A stretch of DNA of 64,000 nt from a virus (lineage: Duplodnaviria > Caudoviricetes): positions 1 to 64,000 of IMG/VR virus record IMGVR_UViG_3300037127_000056. One strand, given 5' to 3'. Within the stretch, counting starts at the first letter, position 1. Each line of letters begins with the position of its first letter. This document shows, in pieces, positions 55,115 to 63,777 of this stretch. Under the pieces are notes generated by a model, which saw nothing but the letters and a program-made list of their open reading frames with translations, did no database searches and had not been told where the DNA came from. The translations under genes and the position numbers were made by a program.

Positions 55115-56492
55115 ACCGGACGCCATCCCACACGATGACGTCTCCGGCTGTCGCGTCAATTCCATTGATGAACGCGGGCGGAATGATCATCGGATCGTCG
55201 TTGCACTGAGCCCATTCGACCACGAGGCCGCCGGGGTATCCAAACACCTTTGGCAGTGTGAGCCGAACTCTGGCCTGTTCCCCGGGTTCTGTCTCGATGT
55301 TGGGTGACCATTCCTGCCAGCGGGAATTGAGTGCGTACAACCGTTCCACACTGGTACGGTAGATGTGTTCGGCGGCAACGTATTCCGCATCGAGCCCATC
55401 CGAATCTCTCGACGCATGGGTGCCGGGGAGTAGGGCACGGCTCAGAGAATAGGTCATCGTAGCTTCGAACGTGTACAGCTGCGCGAGGTCATCCCGTACC
55501 TGTGGGTCCTGTAGTGGGGCAGGATCATTGATGAATGTTTCTTGAACCATGTAGTGATCCAAATGGAGATGCTCCAACAGTTGGGGCCATGCCCCGATGT
55601 TCTTGACCCACTTGGCGTGCTCCCAGTCATTCACGTCGCAGGGCGGGGCGACAACACGCTCGGCGATGCGATCAAGCCGGGCGTGTTCGTTGGTACGGAA
55701 AGTGCGGGGGAAGTCGGGGGACGATAGGAGATCCCAGGTGTCCCGACGCACCCACGTGGCACTCAGGCGGGCCAAGACACCGAGCGCGAACTGTTGGTCT
55801 TCTGGAAAACCGAGATAGAATCCGGTGAGGTCTTTCCACCGTCGGCCGAAGTTTGCGACCCGGATGTGTGTGTGTACTTCATACCCATCACCACTTTGTC
55901 TCAAGACAAGTATGGCCCCCGCATCTGGGGTGGCATCACGGGTGAACCACTCTGAGAAGAATCTGTCGATTCCGGGATCTTCGTCACTGCCGGTGTAGGC
56001 GATGATGCGAAGGTCTTTCGATGATGGGTGTTGCCATACCGGTTTCCCGAGATATTGGCCAGCGGAAACAAACCCCAGGTCTGGGAGCCGGTCGAGTGTC
56101 GATGCCCGCGCCTCCCATGGTGGGGTCATGATGCTGCGCATGGCGTCGGAAAGTAGATAATCGGGGTAATCACCCAAGCCGTTGCTAGCGACCTTCACAA
56201 GCGATGCGACACCACTGAGGCCCAATTTTTTGGCGTATACCAACGCGGCGCCGGCTTCGTGGAATTCTTCCATGCCGTTGCAGCCGTTCCTACCAAAGCA
56301 TGGAACCACGGCGCGGTAGGGGACTGCGCTAGTCCATTCACCCGATGGCAACATGTCGCCAGGAGAGATCTTGACGGAACCCAGAGGATGCACCCGGTCA
56401 TCCATGGTAATTGGTCGAAGGATGATACAGACAGAGTCGTCCCCGGGGCGGATCGCCCCAAAGAGACAGTCATATTTGTTGAAAGTACCCAT
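55101..56492 (-). CDS. hypothetical phage protein
   Basis: 463-aa ORF; TTGACG-18-TACACA-6-ATG. Confidence 0.7.
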   Translation of the reverse strand: MGTFNKYDCLFGAIRPGDDSVCIILRPITMDDRVHPLGSVKISPGDMLPSGEWTSAVPYRAVVPCFGRNGCNGMEEFHEAGAALVYAKKLGLSGVASLVKVASNGLGDYPDYLLSDAMRSIMTPPWEARASTLDRLPDLGFVSAGQYLGKPVWQHPSSKDLRIIAYTGSDEDPGIDRFFSEWFTRDATPDAGAILVLRQSGDGYEVHTHIRVANFGRRWKDLTGFYLGFPEDQQFALGVLARLSATWVRRDTWDLLSSPDFPRTFRTNEHARLDRIAERVVAPPCDVNDWEHAKWVKNIGAWPQLLEHLHLDHYMVQETFINDPAPLQDPQVRDDLAQLYTFEATMTYSLSRALLPGTHASRDSDGLDAEYVAAEHIYRTSVERLYALNSRWQEWSPNIETEPGEQARVRLTLPKVFGYPGGLVVEWAQCNDDPMIIPPAFINGIDATAGDVIVWDGVRFKPA

Positions 56493-56598
56493 AGCAGCTG
56501 TGTAGCACGATTTTCGCGGACTCGTCAACGGGTGACGCGCGCAAAAATGTATGGCCCAAGCGTTGACATCCGGGGCGGCGTGTGTCAACGTTGTGAGC

Positions 56599-56919
56599 AT
56601 GAGCCACGAAACCGAGAACAGTCCATTCCCAATCGACATGTCTGATCCCATCGTGGGATGGTGTGTCGAACAGATTCAACACGCAGACCCCGATGCTATG
56701 AACCTCCCTCATGGACGGATAGCTGCCTTATTCATCCGCGCTATCCTTGGGGAAACCGATGATGCCCGCGCGCGCACAATCAACGCAATCACAGCTGGTG
56801 GCCTTTTCGAGACGTTCCGACGCAATCTTCGTGCCATTCTGACTAATCCAACGGTTCTTGACGATTCGGAAGATCTGATCGAGTACCTCCAGGATCAGGA
56901 AGACGCCGACTCGCTATGA
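56599..56919 (+). CDS. Family D paralog
   Basis: SPFP...W.EQI...PHGRIA...LG...GLFETF. Confidence 0.7.
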   Translation: MSHETENSPFPIDMSDPIVGWCVEQIQHADPDAMNLPHGRIAALFIRAILGETDDARARTINAITAGGLFETFRRNLRAILTNPTVLDDSEDLIEYLQDQEDADSL

Positions 56920-57332
56920 GTAATATGCATCTCTATGCAGTCAAAAATCTAGCTCTGGTTCAATTCGAGCTTCCCATCGACATCGACATCGACACCACGG
57001 GTCTGTCTGTCAAGAAGACGATATCGACTAAGCCGTCACACGAGGTTCCGAAGCAGAGTCTCATGACCATGTTAATGATGGCGCTTATGGGGGATTCATC
57101 CGATGCCGCTGTCTACAGGTGGATCCGCGCATTGGCGCCGCACCGAAGCTACGTCATTGAGTCCATCACGGAATACTTGCGCCTCGCGACACTAGCGGAC
57201 TCGCTTGGCCAGAACCAAGACCACAGCGAATGTGTTGTCGCACTGGTAGACAGATACGCCGAGACCGGGCACCCAATTTCGGCCATCATTGACGAGTTTT
57301 GGCACATCGATGATTTGTCACTTGACAAATGA
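56916..57332 (+). CDS. hypothetical protein
   Basis: ATGA coupling. Confidence 0.6.
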   Translation: MSNMHLYAVKNLALVQFELPIDIDIDTTGLSVKKTISTKPSHEVPKQSLMTMLMMALMGDSSDAAVYRWIRALAPHRSYVIESITEYLRLATLADSLGQNQDHSECVVALVDRYAETGHPISAIIDEFWHIDDLSLDK

Positions 57333-57396
57333 TGCCCGCGTGTGACACGATCCATATAACCCGGCGCAGTGATGCGCCCAAATCAAAGGAACGACA

Positions 57397-57741
57397 ATGA
57401 GTGACACAACGCCATTTCCAATGCCAAGCACCCCGACCGGACTGTGGGTCCAGCAAATCTTCCGCGATCGTGCTTCCCCCACCCTTGAAGCCCCTCATGA
57501 CCGAATCGCGGTGAAGTATATTTATGAGCTGCTCGGCGCCACCGAGGAGGAATGTACGGTGACGGCGGACACCATCATCGAAGAAGGACTGCGCGAGACG
57601 TTCGTCGATGCCGTGGAGTACGTTATTCGGAACGTCTTGCAGCTGAACTTGAAGCCAGAGGAATTCGTCGATCATCTGCGCCGGTACGCAAGCGACGGGA
57701 TTCCGAACGACCTCGACGAATCAGCTGATCGGGAGGATTGA
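57397..57741 (+). CDS. Family D paralog
   Basis: TPFP...WVQQI...PHDRIA...LG...GLRETF; AAGGA SD. Confidence 0.7.
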   Translation: MSDTTPFPMPSTPTGLWVQQIFRDRASPTLEAPHDRIAVKYIYELLGATEEECTVTADTIIEEGLRETFVDAVEYVIRNVLQLNLKPEEFVDHLRRYASDGIPNDLDESADRED

Positions 57742-58278
57742 CGTCAACACGTCGCGCCCATTGATCGTCACCACGGGGGCGTCGATGGTGATGCTGCCAC
57801 CCGCGGTGATCGATAGGTCTGCGGTGGCGCCGATGTCCACCTTCAACCCGTCGCGTGTGAGACGGAAGCCGCCACCGGTTTCACGATCGATCAATGCGGC
57901 GGTCTCGTTTTTGTCATCAAGTATGATGGCGTATCGCTTCCTGGCAATCACCCAGATCCGGGGTGACCCGCCTTCGGTTTCTGCAGGTACCGATGTCGTC
58001 GGCCACGAACCGCCGTAGTAGTAACCCTCATCGGGATTCCCGAGGAAGAATCTCACTACGACATCGGATCCCTTTTCGGGGACCATCCAAGCTCCGATAC
58101 CTGGCCCGGCACCCATCGCCGCTGGGTACAGCCATCCTGTCGCCGGCTGATCGACGATGCCATCAATCGTGGCACGGATACGACCAAGGCCGCGGGGATC
58201 TTCATTGTCGAACACGACGGCGGCGTAGTCACCGTTCAGATCGAGGCGGTCGCCTTGGTCATCGAATGTTGGTTCCAT
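57721..58278 (-). CDS. baseplate spike / gpV (gp5 OB-fold) protein
   Basis: AVVFDNEDPRGLGRIRA...W...VPEKGSDVVVRFFLGNPD..YYYG. Confidence 0.88.
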   Translation of the reverse strand: MEPTFDDQGDRLDLNGDYAAVVFDNEDPRGLGRIRATIDGIVDQPATGWLYPAAMGAGPGIGAWMVPEKGSDVVVRFFLGNPDEGYYYGGSWPTTSVPAETEGGSPRIWVIARKRYAIILDDKNETAALIDRETGGGFRLTRDGLKVDIGATADLSITAGGSITIDAPVVTINGRDVLTSILPIS

Positions 58279-58319
58279 ACATGAGATGATAGCAAATACC
58301 GTGCCGTAAACTCGTCATC

Positions 58320-58682
58320 ATGATCCGACTGACGAATGTACGGCGCCCTCCGGCACCGATCGAAATGGCGGGGCCGGCGACCACCGTCGTAAAGCGTCTC
58401 AGGTCGCAGGCTACCAAAACACAGTCCCGACAGAGGGCACTCTCTGGCCGTTCCGCAAAGCGGGGTGTCCGTCGAGAGCAAGTCCACGTCCCGGTGGGGA
58501 TCCGACTGAATCCCGGCGTGCCGGTCGAGGTACCCGACGAATGGCAGCACACCGCGGACTTCAAGCGGCTCGTGGTTCGCCTCCGTTGGGTGCGCGCAGA
58601 GTTCATCCCAGACGCGGATGATTCGGCTCCAAAGGCATCCCCGGTGAAGAAGTCTCGGAAGCGGAATAAGGGGGGCAACTGA
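58320..58682 (+). CDS. basic protein upstream of the sheath gene
   Basis: TAAACT-7-ATG; TGATG coupling to the sheath gene. Confidence 0.6.
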   Translation: MIRLTNVRRPPAPIEMAGPATTVVKRLRSQATKTQSRQRALSGRSAKRGVRREQVHVPVGIRLNPGVPVEVPDEWQHTADFKRLVVRLRWVRAEFIPDADDSAPKASPVKKSRKRNKGGN

Positions 58683-60886
58683 TGTCGAACCAATATCTTT
58701 CGCCTGGTGTCTACGCCAGGGAAGCTCAGCCGACACGGCGAGCATTCGATCCCGTCCAGACTTCGGTGGCCGGATTCGTCGGTGTCACGGAGCGCGGGCC
58801 TTTCACGCCCACCGAGGTCGTCGGTTTCGATGAGTTCGAGCGCATCTTCGGTGGGTTCATCACCGACAGCGAACTCCCACAATCGGTCCTGGCGTTCTTC
58901 CTCGGGGGCGGACAACGCGCCATCATCACTCGGGTGGTTCACTACACCGATGTTCTTGACCCGGCGACCAAGACGTCCGCAGCCGCTACCTTGAATCTGC
59001 TCACGGCAAGCGGTGCTCCCACGGCCGCCGTGATTGACGGAACCAATCCCGGACCATTCGACTTTGAACCCGGTGATCAGGTTGCGATTGATGTCGATGG
59101 TGGCGGTGCCGTTCTCGCAACGTTCGATGCCGCGCCCGGTGCCCAGACGTCGGTCAACTCCGAGGACTACGTCCTCGCCGATCTTCAGACCCTTGACGTA
59201 AGCGTTGACGGCGGTCTGGCGCAGACCATCACGTTCCTCACCGCGGAGTTCGCCAACATCGCGCTCGCGAAATCGGCCGAGGTCGCGGCGGTCATCAATG
59301 CCAAGATCTCGGGGGCGTTCGCCAGCGGTGCCGGTGGCGTCGTGACCATCACGTCGGATACTCGGGGCACGGCGTCAAGCGTCGAGATTACCGGTGGTAC
59401 CGCGGCGGCGGCGTTCGCATTCCCGGCGGGTGCTGCTGTTGGTACCGGTGACGTCGCGGATATCGATGCCGTGACGGGCGCTGAGGTCAAGACGGTCGTC
59501 GAAGCCGATGTTCCTGGTACCACTGTGACGGTCCTTGGTTCCGGGGCGGTGCGGCTGGAGAGCAACACCACGGGCCCGGCGTCCACGCTTCAGGTCGCCA
59601 GCTCCGCGATCCAGATCGCCTTGGGTTGGACCACCGCTACGGTAAGCGGGACGTCCGGTGCTGCGGCGCCAACGGTACAGATTGACGGCAAGACCGACGG
59701 TGAGTATGCCAACACCTTGCAGGTGCGCATCGAAGATGCCACCAACGGGGACGCCGAGTTCTTCAACCTCTCGGTGGAAGACAACGGGCTCGTTCTCGAA
59801 CGGTTCGCCAATCTCACCATGGACCCCCTGAATAGCGGGTTCGTTGAGGCGGCGCTTACCGCGAGCGACTACATCTCGGCGACTGACCTCGAACTGGCAG
59901 CGGCGGACACCCGCCCCGCCAACGGGTTGCTGGGACCACTCACCGGCGGTGATGATGGTCTCGTGGGTCTTGCCGATACCGACTTTCTCGGTGGTCGCAG
60001 CGCCAATGGTGCTACCGGTCTCCGGGTACTTGACCAGACTGTGACGTCCATCTTGTGTGTCCCTGGCCAGACGTCGGCGGTACTCCAGAATGGGATCGTC
60101 GAATACTGCGAGGTGATTCGAGGCGGCGCCATCTTCGGGATCTTGGATCCGCCGGCGGGTCTCAATGAGGATGAGGTCGTCACTCACTTCAAGGCGACCA
60201 ACGCCCTCACCGGGCTCAGCGAATTCGTGATCACCTACTGGCCGCGCCCGCTCATCATCAATCCCGATGAGGTGGTGTTTGGGAATGCCGCCAACATCGC
60301 GATCCCGGTGAGTGGTGCTGTTGCCGGGCGCTATGCCGCCACGGACAACCTGTTTCCCGGTGGCATCTACCAGTCCCCGGCGGGTGACAACGAGCGCGGG
60401 CAACTCCGGGGCGTCGTCGGCGTCGAGGAACCGCGGGTCCGCGAGCGGGCGGTTCAAGACAAGGTCTACCCCGAGCTGATCAACCCCATCACGATCAACG
60501 ACGACGGCGTCGTGTACATCAATGGGACGAAGACCTTGCGCGCCGATAGCAATTTCCCGCGGGTGGCTCAGCGTCGCGGGGCGATTTTCATCGAGCAAAC
60601 CATCATCAAGGGCTTGACCCCGTTCTTGCACTTCCCCAATGACCAAAGCCTCCGTATCGAGGTCACGCGGGTCGTGGAACAGTTCTTGCTTTCGCAGCTC
60701 AAGATCGATGCCTTCCGGAGCAAGGATCCATCCACCGCGTACATCGTCAACTTCGGGGAGGCACTCAACCCCCCGGACAAGATCGAGGCCGGCGAGTTGA
60801 ACGGCAAGATTGGCCTCGCGTTCGCCACACCCGCGGACTTCATCATCATCGAGTTCTCACGCTTGTCGGCGGACTCCACGATCTAA
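58682..60886 (+). CDS. contractile tail sheath protein
   Basis: YLSPGVY, AGFVGVTERGP, F...FGG, AFFLGGG, LTGGDDG, PVSGAVAG, INPI, FPND, PADFIIIEF. Confidence 0.95.
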   Translation: MSNQYLSPGVYAREAQPTRRAFDPVQTSVAGFVGVTERGPFTPTEVVGFDEFERIFGGFITDSELPQSVLAFFLGGGQRAIITRVVHYTDVLDPATKTSAAATLNLLTASGAPTAAVIDGTNPGPFDFEPGDQVAIDVDGGGAVLATFDAAPGAQTSVNSEDYVLADLQTLDVSVDGGLAQTITFLTAEFANIALAKSAEVAAVINAKISGAFASGAGGVVTITSDTRGTASSVEITGGTAAAAFAFPAGAAVGTGDVADIDAVTGAEVKTVVEADVPGTTVTVLGSGAVRLESNTTGPASTLQVASSAIQIALGWTTATVSGTSGAAAPTVQIDGKTDGEYANTLQVRIEDATNGDAEFFNLSVEDNGLVLERFANLTMDPLNSGFVEAALTASDYISATDLELAAADTRPANGLLGPLTGGDDGLVGLADTDFLGGRSANGATGLRVLDQTVTSILCVPGQTSAVLQNGIVEYCEVIRGGAIFGILDPPAGLNEDEVVTHFKATNALTGLSEFVITYWPRPLIINPDEVVFGNAANIAIPVSGAVAGRYAATDNLFPGGIYQSPAGDNERGQLRGVVGVEEPRVRERAVQDKVYPELINPITINDDGVVYINGTKTLRADSNFPRVAQRRGAIFIEQTIIKGLTPFLHFPNDQSLRIEVTRVVEQFLLSQLKIDAFRSKDPSTAYIVNFGEALNPPDKIEAGELNGKIGLAFATPADFIIIEFSRLSADSTI

Positions 60887-60893
60887 CCCCACG

Positions 60894-60913
60894 GTTTCCC
60901 GCCGGCGGGAAAC
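60894..60913. repeat. dispersed palindrome copy 15 (20-bp perfect)
   Basis: GTTTCCCGCCGGCGGGAAAC between the sheath and tube genes. Confidence 0.95.
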
Positions 60914-60934
60914 GCCACGGGGAGAGGAGACAAC

Positions 60935-61441
60935 ATGCCCATCACTTCACCTGGAGCCGCGACGACCTTCCACGATTCTTTCCGATTCATCGTGCAGATC
61001 GAAGGCGTGACGCGTGCGAAATTCCGTAGCGTGTCGGAAATCACAATGACCCACGAGGACATCGATCACTGGGAGGGCGGGCGCGCCATCGCGTACAAGT
61101 CCCCGGGCCGCGTGACCGTTGACGACGTTACCTTGGAGCGGGGGGTCATCGACAACGACGACGACCTCTACTTCTGGTTCATCACCACGACCGATGTCAA
61201 CGTCGATTCCCCGCTCGGTGCTGGCATCGGTACCGGTCTTGGTCTCGATGACGAAGCCTACAAGCGGGACGTCGATATCGTGCAGCTCAAGCGGGACGGC
61301 ACGCCGCGGAAGCGGATTCGTTTGGTCAACGCCTATCCCAAAACGGTGACTCTGGGGTCGATGAACAACGAAGAGGACGCCAAGACCATCGAGTCGGTCG
61401 TCCTGCGCTACGACTACCCCCGCGTCATTCCGGTTCAGTAG
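60935..61441 (+). CDS. tail tube protein (T4 gp19-like)
   Basis: FRFIVQIEG...F..VS...EGG...PGR...VTLERG...W...KRDV.I...NAYP...IESVVL.YD; GGAGAGGA SD. Confidence 0.93.
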   Translation: MPITSPGAATTFHDSFRFIVQIEGVTRAKFRSVSEITMTHEDIDHWEGGRAIAYKSPGRVTVDDVTLERGVIDNDDDLYFWFITTTDVNVDSPLGAGIGTGLGLDDEAYKRDVDIVQLKRDGTPRKRIRLVNAYPKTVTLGSMNNEEDAKTIESVVLRYDYPRVIPVQ

Positions 61442-61802
61442 CGGCGGGCTGCTGCGCGACAAGCCGCGCGAGGGCCACGACGTCATCGATGGTCTGCCAT
61501 CCTTGAACTTGGTCGAAGTGTCCTTGATACGAAACCCACGGCGCCTTGGTCGCCGGATCCCAGAACTTGCCACCGGGTAGTGTTACCGCAGTTTCCACGG
61601 TCACATCACCGCCAGTGTTTCGACCGACACTACTGTAGCTACCCCAGTGATACTGGATCGACAAGTGCATCCCGTTTTCGAACTCGACGATCATTCCGGT
61701 CGGTGAGCCGCAGCCCAACGAATCGGTCGGTGAGATGACGGAAGTGATACCCGCTTCCGCGATGCGGGTAGAGATGATCGTGTAGAGGTATTTTTTGTTC
61801 AT
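61425..61802 (-). CDS. hypothetical phage protein
   Basis: FENGMHLSIQ...YS...VETAV motif; consensus promoter upstream. Confidence 0.7.
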   Translation of the reverse strand: MNKKYLYTIISTRIAEAGITSVISPTDSLGCGSPTGMIVEFENGMHLSIQYHWGSYSSVGRNTGGDVTVETAVTLPGGKFWDPATKAPWVSYQGHFDQVQGWQTIDDVVALARLVAQQPAATEPE

Positions 61803-61811
61803 GGTGTAGCC

Positions 61812-61840
61812 ACTCTACATGAGCCACTTGGCCATGTCAA
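61812..61840 (-). promoter_or_regulatory. sigma70 promoter (near-leaderless)
   Basis: TTGACA-17-TAGAGT-9-ATG(61802). Confidence 0.75.
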
Positions 61841-61911
61841 GCCCGTCGAACACAAAAATCGAACATCGTCTGAGTTGATCTCACCGCGCCCGTTGTGGTA
61901 GGTTCGCCCCC

Positions 61912-62559
61912 ATGAATGATGACGCATTGATGGCCGGCATCTACGAGAGCATGGTTGATCTCCTGGGACTCTCAACGGACCCCTTTGACCCGAAGTCACC
62001 CAAGGCGCTGACGGACGCCCTAGCCCTTGCCCTCATACGGCCGGAGAAGCGTGCCAAGGCGGTCCTGGAGTCGGCTACGGATTGGCCTCTGCACATAGTC
62101 ATTCGGTACCTTGTCACGCATTCTCCGATATACGTTAGACCCACCGGATGGGGCACGTATGTCCCGGGATCGTCGAGATGGAACACACCGGACACGTTGG
62201 TCACCACATTCGACTGGCTCATCGATAACGGGCGGGATGACCTCGTACAAGACGCCATGCTCTGGGGTGAGACGCAATGGGCAGTTGGGTTGTATGCCGG
62301 CGATGACCTTCTGGGGCGATACAAAGTATCGCAATCATCCACCATGTTCTCGTATGGATATGTAAGGGACGCGTCGGTCCCTTCGGGAACACGGTCTCAA
62401 ATCATCGATGACGATTCTATTTATAGGACCATCGTCGTCACACATCGAGACACTGATGCCGACTACTCCGTCTATAGTATCGACACGGTCAAACAGATAC
62501 TTGTTAAAACGGCACATAGTCCGGTTTACAACTGCTCTTGGATTGACATCATCCACTGA
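61912..62559 (+). CDS. hypothetical protein
   Basis: TTGATC-18-TAGGTT-7-ATG. Confidence 0.65.
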   Translation: MNDDALMAGIYESMVDLLGLSTDPFDPKSPKALTDALALALIRPEKRAKAVLESATDWPLHIVIRYLVTHSPIYVRPTGWGTYVPGSSRWNTPDTLVTTFDWLIDNGRDDLVQDAMLWGETQWAVGLYAGDDLLGRYKVSQSSTMFSYGYVRDASVPSGTRSQIIDDDSIYRTIVVTHRDTDADYSVYSIDTVKQILVKTAHSPVYNCSWIDIIH

Positions 62560-63097
62560 GTCCTCCGTCGAGTACTCGTAGTCGGGGTCGCGCTTTTCGT
62601 TCCCGGAGCCACCGGTAGATCGTTGACTTGCTGGCCCCGAGGTGTTTGCCTCGGACGTCGTACCAATGCGCGACGGAGCCGTACTTTGCCTTCCCGGCGA
62701 TGGCGGCATCCACGATTTCCCGCCGGCGGGAATCACTGAATCGTCCTCCCCCATCAAGAACCACGTCGGTATCATCCAATTCGATAACCTCGGGGTCCGG
62801 CTCATCCCTCACCGAATGCATCACCGCGGCGACGAACTCACGGAACATCCATGGGTGCCGCTCAGATGCCGTTGACGGTCGCCTCCATGTACCGACCCTC
62901 TCTGGGTGCGGGACAACACGGGCGCCGGCTACGGCTCGCTCAAGCTCACTGACGCCATTGAACGTCGCGGCGACCATCATGGTTCCAGCCACGGACATCC
63001 GCAACACGATTCGCCCACCGACGAGAGTTTCGGTTGTGAACAGCCGGCCTCGCGAAGTCTTGAACCTATCACCGGGCTTGTACTTGTACACATGCAT
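62549..63097 (-). CDS. protein with C-terminal HTH
   Basis: KHLGASKSTIYRWLRE HTH; TTGCCC-17-TAGGCT-6-ATG. Confidence 0.6.
   Translation of the reverse strand: MHVYKYKPGDRFKTSRGRLFTTETLVGGRIVLRMSVAGTMMVAATFNGVSELERAVAGARVVPHPERVGTWRRPSTASERHPWMFREFVAAVMHSVRDEPDPEVIELDDTDVVLDGGGRFSDSRRREIVDAAIAGKAKYGSVAHWYDVRGKHLGASKSTIYRWLRERKARPRLRVLDGGLSG
62717..62732. repeat. dispersed palindrome copy 16
   Basis: Inside the HTH gene. Confidence 0.95.
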
Positions 63098-63153
63098 CCC
63101 GTAAGCCTATACGAATCCATCGTAAAGGGCAACCCTGAGCTACATTCATTGAT

Positions 63154-63738
63154 ATGTCGGATTGGGTATGTGGGTGCGGTGCCGACCGAATTTTGCTTGA
63201 CTTCAGGGGGCGGCCGTTCCGAGGATGTTCGAGGTACCCGGAGTGCAAGGACACGGCTCGCGGCACCCCATGGGATCGCGCAATCTCAGTCTACGCGAAG
63301 CGGGCGCCACGGCTTGCCAACGGTCGTGTCGTCGCCGGCCTGGACTACGGCTACACGGTGTGCAAGATTTTGCGCGCCGCGGAGTCTCGTCTCGTGATCG
63401 TGACATTTTCAATCGGCGATGATGGCATGGTTGATGCATTGGTGAACGATGCCATTGACCGCGGCGTTGATGTCGAAGTATGGGCCGGCGGTGTCGCCCG
63501 GAAACAAGGTCAACGGCTCAGTGATCTCGGCGCCCGCGTATGGTTACCGAAGCCGGGAACCAACTTGCATGCCAAGTTCATCGTCGCCGATGGTCTCGTC
63601 GCGGTCGTCGGTTCCGCGAACCTGGCGCAGACCAGTTTGACCCGCAACCTAGAGGTCGGCGTGATCTCGACCAAGGATGTCTCGATGTGGGCGGGGCAAT
63701 GGCGGCGCGACGCCGTCCGACGATTCCGCGTGCTTTGA
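63154..63738 (+). CDS. zinc-ribbon + single-HKD phospholipase D-family nuclease
   Basis: CGC...FRGCSRYPEC (topoisomerase-type Zn ribbon); HAKFIVAD...GSANL...NLE. Confidence 0.85.
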   Translation: MSDWVCGCGADRILLDFRGRPFRGCSRYPECKDTARGTPWDRAISVYAKRAPRLANGRVVAGLDYGYTVCKILRAAESRLVIVTFSIGDDGMVDALVNDAIDRGVDVEVWAGGVARKQGQRLSDLGARVWLPKPGTNLHAKFIVADGLVAVVGSANLAQTSLTRNLEVGVISTKDVSMWAGQWRRDAVRRFRVL

Positions 63739-63740
63739 CC

Positions 63741-63770
63741 TTGATTTCCCGCCGGCGGGAATGCTAGTGT
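63741..63770 (+). promoter_or_regulatory. promoter with the palindrome in the -35/-10 spacer
   Basis: TTGATT-tcccgccggcgggaatgc-TAGTGT-7-ATG(63778). Confidence 0.75.
63746..63761. repeat. dispersed palindrome copy 17
   Basis: In the promoter spacer of ORF 63778. Confidence 0.95.
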
Positions 63771-63777
63771 CGCCGGT

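Noticed and set aside
59375-60646. Long alternative ORFs (also 48640-49767, 40026-40871, 3590-4522, 1097-1915, 22871-23701, 31461-32294)
   Set aside because: Antisense shadows of well-supported genes in GC-rich DNA; no recognisable motifs.
57721-61441. Sheath/tube/spike as an eCIS, tailocin or T6SS locus
   Set aside because: The genes are interspersed with phage replication, sigma and accessory genes, with a long tape measure and a frameshifting chaperone, which fits a phage. No capsid or terminase large subunit is visible in this window.
3568-63761. Palindrome as a CRISPR repeat or intrinsic terminator
   Set aside because: Copies are kilobases apart with no spacer periodicity. There is no distinct loop or U-tract, and many copies lie inside genes or promoter spacers rather than after stops.
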